64,000 bases of DNA from Granulicella sp. (GTDB lineage: Bacteria > Acidobacteriota > Terriglobia > Terriglobales > Acidobacteriaceae). The stretch's first letter is position 1. Each line of letters opens with the position of its first letter. Shown in pieces: positions 57,402 through 64,000 of this stretch. Location: positions 1 through 64,000 of the forward strand of contig DAHWNL010000082.1 in assembly GCA_027339965.1 (NCBI GenBank). Reading direction: 5' to 3'. A program made the translations under genes and the position numbers. The notes beneath the pieces were generated by a model, which saw nothing but the letters and a program-made list of their open reading frames with translations, did not search any database and had not been told where the DNA came from.

Positions 57402-60122
57402 TTAAGCCTGCAACGCCAGCACAAGATGGCTCTGCGCCGCGAGCTTCAGGGGCTGATGGAAGCGGAAGATGGTGCGGCCGTCGGCGGCTTCGCTCGTATG
57501 TGGCTCGATCGCTGCGTTGCGATGGGCCGTGGTCGTCTTACCCGTGCCGCTGATCTCACAGGACCGGCAGGTGAGGCTGCCTTCCAGTACCTGGAGCCTA
57601 AACTGACGGCCATGCTCGTTTTGAGCATAGGAGAACGATCCCCATCCGGTGCCCGATGCCCAGAAGCAGCGGAAGCTTTGGTGAGCGACTCGCGGGATGG
57701 CGACCACCGCTTGCAGGTTTCCATCGAAGTGGAATCCGCTCAGGGCTGCCACGGCAGACCACGAGGCCATCGCTCTCGCATAGTGGTGTCCGCACTCCGC
57801 CTCATCCCATGGGTTGCGCTTTTCGCCGTCGTATCTGGCGCGAACGTTGTGAATGCACTCCACGCCCTCCGCGACCATCCCGTAGCAGAGCATCAGCGTC
57901 GCAGCCGAGTACTCGAAGCCGGTCATCACCTCAGCAAAATACGGAAAGGGGATGCGTGGGCGAGATCCGTTGCCGTAATCACAGATCACAAGCGCCGCTT
58001 CGCCGTTCAAGGCGAAGGTCCGTTCCACGTTGTTATGGTCCACCAAAGTCGGCTTGTGGTTATAGGTGTGGATGGACTTCAGGGTCTCCCGCACGTGCTC
58101 GGGAGAAACCAGGTCTCCCAGGTTCATCACACAGGCCAGATATTGGCCCATCATCTGATCCACCAGACAGCCTTCGCCCAACTGGAACTGAGGATGTTCC
58201 GGGTTCAAGCCGTGAGCGCCGATGCGCAGGCTTGGATAGATCTTTTCCAGAGAAAATCCCTTGATCTGCTGGATATAGAACTCGGAATTGAACAGGTTGG
58301 CATCAATCCACTGGCGGCCTTGCTCAAAGAGCTGTCTGTACTCCGCCGCCATGGAACGATCTTCCACGGCCAGCGCCATCTCCTCCGCGGCCCGGAGTGC
58401 GCCCAGATAGTAGATGCCGCACAGCGGGTTGGGACCGAAAAACGCCACGTCATAGGTGTTGTTCTGCACGCCGATCGCGACCCCGCGCCGTTCCGGGTCC
58501 CATCCGCCCTGAACCCAGGCGAACGAAACAGCCTCGCGGATGCGCGGCCACATCGAGTGCAGCCAATCGCGGTCTCCGGAGAGCTTCCAGTCGAGATAGG
58601 CGTGCATGATCTGACCCATGTGGCCGTCGGCGGCGATGATCGAGGTTCTGTCAATGCCGTCGGGAAGCAGTTGGCGGGAGTGGATCGCCCCGGCGTCGTC
58701 TTCGGAGAAGCCGAAGGCTGCTTTACGCATCGACAAGGCGAAGGAGGGAAACAGGAAGGAGGTAGCCGTCTCATAACTCCACACATGGGTACAGTTGCCA
58801 AAACAACAGCCGGCGTTGTTGTTGCTGCCTTCAAATCCGTGAAACTCTCCATCCGCCGTGCGAAAGCAGGTGGTGGAAGCCAGTGTGGAGAGGTTGGCGC
58901 CGGCTGCTTCCTTCACGGCATCGGGCAGGGTGCTTTCGCGCAGCACCTGGGAGAATTGCCGAGTTCTGCGCTCCAGATCTTCAAGATGGTTTGCCGTGTA
59001 CAGGGCCGCGTCCCAGGCATCCCGAAAGCGTTGGGAGTAGAAGTTGCCAATCAAGGTCTTTTCTTTGCCCGCCGGCGCTTGCCATCCGCACCACTGCGGC
59101 GTGCGATTTGGAAAATGCCAGGCCAGCAGAAACGTGAAGTGGCGGGACTGCCCCGCGGCCAGCGAAGCGGATTGGCAGAGAGACCCCACCCGATTTCGCT
59201 CCTCGGGCTCGCCATCGAGTTGTCCGTTGGCTGAAAAGGCATCCCAAAACAGCAGCGGAGAGCTCCACCATGCGCCTTGCGGCCAGCCACGCCAGAAGGT
59301 GATCTTTGCGCCGGCATCCGGTATGGCCGCCAGGACGAAACTGCCCTGCATCGGGTCGTCCTGCGGCAATCCGGGATTGCTCAGGATGAGCCCCTGCAGC
59401 CGTCCTTGCATTCGATGTTCATTCAGCCTCTTGCCTGCCATCTCCGGAGTTCCGTTGTTGACCGGGTTATCGATGGAAAAGCAGATGCTCGCCTTGACCG
59501 CTTTCAAGCCGGGATTGTCAACGCGATAGCGCAGAATGGCCACGGGCAATCCTGAGTCATCCGGGTCATGGGGGATAAACGGCGAGAAGGCATCAAGACT
59601 CACCTGGACGGGCAGTACGGCATCTTGAAAATCGATATGCGCCAGCGGATACTCGCCGGTGAAGGTTGCACCCTGCAGACGAGTCAGTCCCGGCGCGTTT
59701 TGCGAACCCAGTCCGTCTTCTCCCTGATAGGGAGGAAGAAGACGCGATTCCAGTACATGCGCGATGGGCGGAGCGTCACCGGACTGTGCCCAGATCGAGG
59801 GAAAGGCATATGGGGGCGAGAATCCCTGATTGGGGCGATTGAAGATCTCCCAGTCACGCAGTTGGCCACGGCCGCCAAGGCCCAGACTGCCGGCGGCTAC
59901 GCCTCCCAAAGGGAAGGAGATCATCTTCAAATGGGAGCCCTCAAAGACCCTTGGATACGCAACCTTTCCGGAAGGTGCAAAGCTCGAAGCTGCTCCGCCC
60001 GCCGCTTCTGCAGCCACTGCTTTGCCCGGCAGTGGCCAGCGGGCGGGCTGTGCCGCTGTGCCAAGGGTGACCGCTGCCTGCTTGAGAAACTCCCGGCGCG
60101 GCAATTTGGGATCATTTGTCAC
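57402..60122 (-). CDS. Tat-exported GH116 (GBA2-like) beta-glycosidase
   Basis: PRREFLK; FPLGGVAAG, FSPFIP, GFEG, CTHVW, AADG, NTYD, DEAECGHHYARAM. Confidence 0.9.
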   Translation of the reverse strand: MTNDPKLPRREFLKQAAVTLGTAAQPARWPLPGKAVAAEAAGGAASSFAPSGKVAYPRVFEGSHLKMISFPLGGVAAGSLGLGGRGQLRDWEIFNRPNQGFSPPYAFPSIWAQSGDAPPIAHVLESRLLPPYQGEDGLGSQNAPGLTRLQGATFTGEYPLAHIDFQDAVLPVQVSLDAFSPFIPHDPDDSGLPVAILRYRVDNPGLKAVKASICFSIDNPVNNGTPEMAGKRLNEHRMQGRLQGLILSNPGLPQDDPMQGSFVLAAIPDAGAKITFWRGWPQGAWWSSPLLFWDAFSANGQLDGEPEERNRVGSLCQSASLAAGQSRHFTFLLAWHFPNRTPQWCGWQAPAGKEKTLIGNFYSQRFRDAWDAALYTANHLEDLERRTRQFSQVLRESTLPDAVKEAAGANLSTLASTTCFRTADGEFHGFEGSNNNAGCCFGNCTHVWSYETATSFLFPSFALSMRKAAFGFSEDDAGAIHSRQLLPDGIDRTSIIAADGHMGQIMHAYLDWKLSGDRDWLHSMWPRIREAVSFAWVQGGWDPERRGVAIGVQNNTYDVAFFGPNPLCGIYYLGALRAAEEMALAVEDRSMAAEYRQLFEQGRQWIDANLFNSEFYIQQIKGFSLEKIYPSLRIGAHGLNPEHPQFQLGEGCLVDQMMGQYLACVMNLGDLVSPEHVRETLKSIHTYNHKPTLVDHNNVERTFALNGEAALVICDYGNGSRPRIPFPYFAEVMTGFEYSAATLMLCYGMVAEGVECIHNVRARYDGEKRNPWDEAECGHHYARAMASWSAVAALSGFHFDGNLQAVVAIPRVAHQSFRCFWASGTGWGSFSYAQNEHGRQFRLQVLEGSLTCRSCEISGTGKTTTAHRNAAIEPHTSEAADGRTIFRFHQPLKLAAQSHLVLALQA

Positions 60123-60214
60123 GGTTGCCTCCGTGTCTGCTCAGTATCCAGCATCTACGAGGGAATTGGCGCATCGTCATGCCTCATTCTTCAATATCAT
60201 AGGGTGTCGTGGCC

Positions 60215-60460
60215 CGGGCAAACGCATTTCAAAACGCCTCCAGGAGTTTGAATAAGAAACGGTCATCCCAGCCGGCGCGTTTGAATTTTCCGCGCAGAGA
60301 GCCTTTGGACCCTTCCGTTTGCATGGCGTTGATGGCCATGTGGCGCAGTACGGCCAGATTGTGCGCGCCATTTCCGGCCCTGGTGCGGTCCTGATCTTCA
60401 TTCATCACCACGTCCAATCGCCACTGCAGGCGTTTCTCGACGTCCCGGTGCCGGCGAGCC
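60215..60460 (-). mobile_element. ISAs1-family transposase 3' remnant with degenerate right end
   Basis: HRDVEKRLQWRLDVVMNED..R...GAHNLAVLRHMAIN...SLRGKFKRAGWD*, then TGAAATGCGTTTGCCCG; no upstream transposase portion. Confidence 0.85.
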
Positions 60461-60465
60461 ACCTG

Positions 60466-60603
60466 ATGGTCTCGCTCCGGGCTTTGGCGGGATGCGGCGG
60501 TTTGCAGGACCAGACGCCGATGGGTACGTCGATGGTGACGATCAGCGCCACGGGAGGGGGCATCTCGCAGAGCCTGACGATAGCCGTCAGTGTGGAGAAG
60601 TAA
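60466..60603 (+). pseudogene. C-terminal remnant of an Ig-like secreted protein
   Basis: LAGCGG...TPMGTSMVTISATGGGISQSLTIAVSVEK*, abutting the ISAs1 scar. Confidence 0.55.
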
Positions 60604-60899
60604 CTGTGTCGGGATTGGCGCCGCTGCGAACCTTTCGATTGCAGGCCTGCGCGCAATGACAGAGGCACCTGGGAAGGGGGGTGCTTCAGGCGCAACATTG
60701 GGCGGCTGCGCCCGATCCTTGCAGGCAGAGCGAAGGAGGGTCAGCCTGGGAAGCTGACCCCTCCGGATGAGGCGATGGACGGGCGTGCATGGAGGAGTGC
60801 GTGTTGTCTTTCGCCAAAATCTGCTCTGCGCGTCCACAGATTCGAGGTTGCTGGCTGGAAGCCTGCTTCCGCTGGAGCCGTTAGCGGTCTGTGAGTGGA

Positions 60900-62210
60900 C
60901 TACGGTTTGCGAAAGAAGTTGAGATTGATCGCGGCAGCCATGGCGCGGAAGCCGGCGTCGTTGGGGTGCAGGTGATCGCCGCTGTCGTAGGCCGGAGCGA
61001 AGGCGCCGGGGTTGGCGGGGTCGCGCGTGGCTTTGGCGAAGTCGACAAAGCCGTCAAGCTGCCGGGTGGTGCGTATCCAGTGGTTGACAGCTTGGCGGAC
61101 GGCCTCGCCGGCCGGGGACGAGTACCCGGCGCCCATGTAGGGCGTCAGCGTGGCACCAAAGACCTTGATGCCGTGGGCGTGGGCGCGCGCGGCCATCTGC
61201 GCGATGCCGGTGATCAGATCCTGCGCGGTGACGATGTCATGGGGGTTGGTGGAATTGTAGGCGACGCCGATGTCGTTGATCGACTCCAGAATTATGAGGT
61301 ATTTGACGCCCGGAGGCGCCAGCACCTCGCTGTCAAAGCGGGAGAGAGCGTTGGGGCCGAAGCCGTCGTGCAGCACGCGATTGCCGCCGATACCCATGTT
61401 GATGACGCCCAGATTGCGGGTGGCGGGGTCTGCCTGCAGGCGGGCGGCCAGATCATCCGGCCAGGTGGCGTTGGCCCCGCTGGTGCTGTGCCAGCCGTCG
61501 GTGATGCTGTCGCCAAAGGCAACTACAGTGGCTCCGTGCGGCGCTGCCACCTCGACATCCTTGAGAAAGTCGTAGTAGCTCATCTTGCTGGGGCTGTTCA
61601 GCGTGACGGCGTCGATCGGCGAGCCGCCGGACACGTAGTTGGTCTGGAGCGCGAGCCCATGCTGGGTGATGGTGGCGATCCTCTGGGAGGGAATGCTGAG
61701 CGTGATGGCCAGGTTCGAGAGCGAAGCGGCTGTCAAGTTGACAGGATCACTTACCGCGACCGCGCCGGGAGGAATGGTGATGGAGGGCTTGCCGTTGAAG
61801 CTGAGCCGGACAGAGGAGCCCGGCTGGATGGCTCCGCCGCTCCAGTCCGACGCAGGGAGTGCCACCGCGGCCGCGCCGATGTTCAGGGGGTTCACGCCCT
61901 GCTCATTGGTCAGCGTCACGCGGATCGTGGAACCGCCCAGGGAGAGGTGAACGATCTGGCGAAGCGTGGTCGGCACGGTGAAGGCATCTTCCCGGTTGAC
62001 CTCCGCCACCGGCGCGGTGGACCAGCTTGCAACCCAGTGGGGTTGCGCGCTGCTCTGCGCCGAGAGCGAGGGGGTGACGAGAGCAAAGCCGGCGGCCGCA
62101 AGGACGAAGCCGGCGGTCAGGGGGGCGAAGTTGGCGGTTAGCTGGGAACGGCGCACGCTGAATCTCCTCAAGGGCGAAGTGGCACAGAAGGTTGACAGGC
62201 AGTGTTGCAT
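60900..62210 (-). CDS. Exported SGNH/GDSL hydrolase
   Basis: WVASWS, TLRQIVH, FGDSITDG, GIGGNR, ESIND, GDHLHPND; start uncertain. Confidence 0.9.
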   Translation of the reverse strand: MQHCLSTFCATSPLRRFSVRRSQLTANFAPLTAGFVLAAAGFALVTPSLSAQSSAQPHWVASWSTAPVAEVNREDAFTVPTTLRQIVHLSLGGSTIRVTLTNEQGVNPLNIGAAAVALPASDWSGGAIQPGSSVRLSFNGKPSITIPPGAVAVSDPVNLTAASLSNLAITLSIPSQRIATITQHGLALQTNYVSGGSPIDAVTLNSPSKMSYYDFLKDVEVAAPHGATVVAFGDSITDGWHSTSGANATWPDDLAARLQADPATRNLGVINMGIGGNRVLHDGFGPNALSRFDSEVLAPPGVKYLIILESINDIGVAYNSTNPHDIVTAQDLITGIAQMAARAHAHGIKVFGATLTPYMGAGYSSPAGEAVRQAVNHWIRTTRQLDGFVDFAKATRDPANPGAFAPAYDSGDHLHPNDAGFRAMAAAINLNFFRKP

Positions 62211-62514
62211 GCGGCGGCGGGCTCGCGAAATCGGGAACCCAAGGCTTACCGGGTAAGCTTTTCGAGCCATCGGCACGGCGTCAAGTCTATCGGAGGAGAC
62301 GGCGGGCTGTCACGCCGAGCGGAATCGCACGCAGCGCGAAGAGGACGGAGTGCCCCTGCGCCGCCTGCCGGCAGTCTGTTGCCACGCAGGAGCCGGACGG
62401 CGGATTGGGGATTGACTCAAGACCGTCATATGCTGCGCCCGGGGTGGGTTTTAGGCTTGGGAGATGGATCCCAGCGATCCCGAGGGCGCTGAGGGAAGGC
62501 TCCCTGGAGAGAGG

Positions 62515-62679
62515 ATGCGCCGCACAGCATGGATTTGGGCGATTGGTTCCGCAGCCTGGACCTTCGACGCCATCGTCAACCTGCACTATCACAACCGGCC
62601 GCACGCCGAGCTGGCGCTGATGGTTGCCATCATGTTCGCGATTGCGTGGGCCTATTACTCCCGCGCGCAGGGCCGTTAG
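62515..62679 (+). CDS. Small two-TM membrane protein
   Basis: MRRTAWIWAIGSAAW...ALMVAIMFAIAWAYY with a GGAGAG RBS. Confidence 0.6.
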   Translation: MRRTAWIWAIGSAAWTFDAIVNLHYHNRPHAELALMVAIMFAIAWAYYSRAQGR

Positions 62680-62748
62680 GACCCAAACACCGCGCCAAAG
62701 CTGGCTGCTTCGGCGCGGCTTGCGGAGACATCCAGGCTCCCCGGCGGG

Positions 62749-63621
62749 CTACTTGCCCATCACCCGCTGCATGGTCGCGCCGATCTCGGCGGGCGAAACG
62801 GCCACGTGGATTCCGGCCGCACGCATCGCCTCCATCTTGCTCTGCGCAGTTCCTTCGCCACCGGAGATGATGGCTCCCGCGTGGCCCATGCGCCGCCCCG
62901 GCGGGGCTGTCTGTCCGGCGATGAAGCCCACCACCGGCTTTTTGACATGCTCGCGGACGTACGCGGCGGCGGCCTCCTCATTGCTGCCGCCAATCTCTCC
63001 AATCATGACGATCGCCTCGGTGTCGGGATCCTCATTGAGCAGCTTGAGCGCATCCACATGGGTGGTTCCAACGATAGGGTCGCCGCCGATGCCGATGGCT
63101 GTGGACTGCCCGATGCCGCGCTCAGACAACTGGTAGACCGCCTCATAGGTCAGGGTCCCGGAGCGGGAGATGATGCCGACGGAACCTTCCTTGTGAATCA
63201 GTCCGGGCATAATGCCGATCTTAGCTTTGCCCGGCGAGATGACTCCGGGACAGTTGGGTCCGATCAGCCGCGACCTGGAGTTCTTCACGACCTCCCAGAC
63301 ACGCACCATATCCAGCACGGGAATTCCTTCCGTGATGCAGACGATGAGGGGAATGCCGGCGGCTGCGGCCTCCAGAATTCCATCCGCGGCTGCGGGCGGG
63401 GGTACAAAGATCACGGTGGCGTTGGCGCCAGTCTCGCGGACCGCCTCCTCCACGGTGTTGAACACCGGCCAACCTTCGTGGATCATGCCTCCCTTGCCGG
63501 GCGTGACGCCACCGACAACCTTGGTTCCATAGTCCGCGCAGCCCCGGGCATGAAACGATCCTTCACGTCCGGTGATTCCCTGCACAATGAGCCGAGTTCC
63601 TTTGCCGACGAGTACTGACAT
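62749..63621 (-). CDS. sucD: Succinyl-CoA synthetase alpha subunit
   Basis: [36 protein letters not shown]. Confidence 0.97.
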   Translation of the reverse strand: MSVLVGKGTRLIVQGITGREGSFHARGCADYGTKVVGGVTPGKGGMIHEGWPVFNTVEEAVRETGANATVIFVPPPAAADGILEAAAAGIPLIVCITEGIPVLDMVRVWEVVKNSRSRLIGPNCPGVISPGKAKIGIMPGLIHKEGSVGIISRSGTLTYEAVYQLSERGIGQSTAIGIGGDPIVGTTHVDALKLLNEDPDTEAIVMIGEIGGSNEEAAAAYVREHVKKPVVGFIAGQTAPPGRRMGHAGAIISGGEGTAQSKMEAMRAAGIHVAVSPAEIGATMQRVMGK

Positions 63622-63821
63622 GTACCTATTCTCTCCTTGGAAACTTGCTGTTGAGGGCGCTGGCGGCAGATGGTGACTGGGAGAACGTCTTGCGAGAGTC
63701 GATCTGCCGGGGCGATGTTGTCTGTCGGATGCTCTCTCTTTTCCTCTTGCTGTGGGATGCTGCCAGAGAGGCGACGACGATTTCTGCTGTTCTGCCGGGA
63801 AGAGCCGGCTGTGGGGGACGG

Positions 63822-64000
63822 CTAGTTTTGCTGCCGCGTGGCGCCGCCGGCGGCTGCAACCACCAGGTCCGCGGCCTCCTTCATGGTGGCGCCCACCTGG
63901 AAGTTCAGCCCGGACTCCGCCAGGATCTTCCTTCCTTCTTCCACGTTGGTGCCCTCCAGCCGCAGGACGATGGGCAGAGAGACGTTCAGGTTTCGGGCCG
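63822..64000 (-). CDS. sucC: Succinyl-CoA synthetase beta subunit, C-terminal part
   Basis: [47 protein letters not shown]...*, upstream of sucD; runs off the window. Confidence 0.93.
   Translation of the reverse strand, partial: ARNLNVSLPIVLRLEGTNVEEGRKILAESGLNFQVGATMKEAADLVVAAAGGATRQQN

Noticed and set aside
60460..60837. Full-length 202-aa transposase ORF (60229-60837)
   Set aside because: Only the last ~75 aa resemble ISAs1; the upstream part is unrelated read-through.

Overview
GC-rich bacterial DNA, most likely Acidobacteriota. This is inferred from the Oar-type TonB-dependent receptor, Tat-exported glycosidases, the C-terminal LAGCGG/Ig-like motif and the REP-like repeats. Bases 1-1.8 kb hold the end of an IS5-family element and a Tat-exported sulfatase-fold enzyme. 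About 2.3-37.95 kb is a ~35.6-kb podovirus-like (P22/T7-type) prophage-derived element with every gene on the minus strand: repressor, replication initiator with iterons, late promoter with a long leader, prohead-protease-like gene, terminases, portal, scaffold, capsid, GroES-like protein, tail/nozzle, fibre-like proteins and lysis genes. The structural genes are open, but the element looks domesticated. No integrase, att repeats, Cro or large ejection proteins are recognisable. The CI/LexA-like repressor has lost both its Ala-Gly scissile bond and its catalytic Lys. Host-type repeats sit inside it. Its fibre-like genes carry signal-peptide-like N-termini and a low-GC module that looks swapped in. 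A three-gene HEPN/MNT-like cassette with an in-frame stop in the HEPN gene interrupts the head operon. Downstream lie an alphaproteobacterial-type bioR + bioBFDAZ biotin locus, housekeeping and envelope genes (serine hydrolase, degenerate M1-like peptidase, rlmB, rhodanese, tspO), a glycan-utilisation cluster (TBDR, TPR, GH43, GH116), an ISAs1 scar, an SGNH hydrolase and sucD/sucC. All assignments come from motif recognition by eye; no searches were run.
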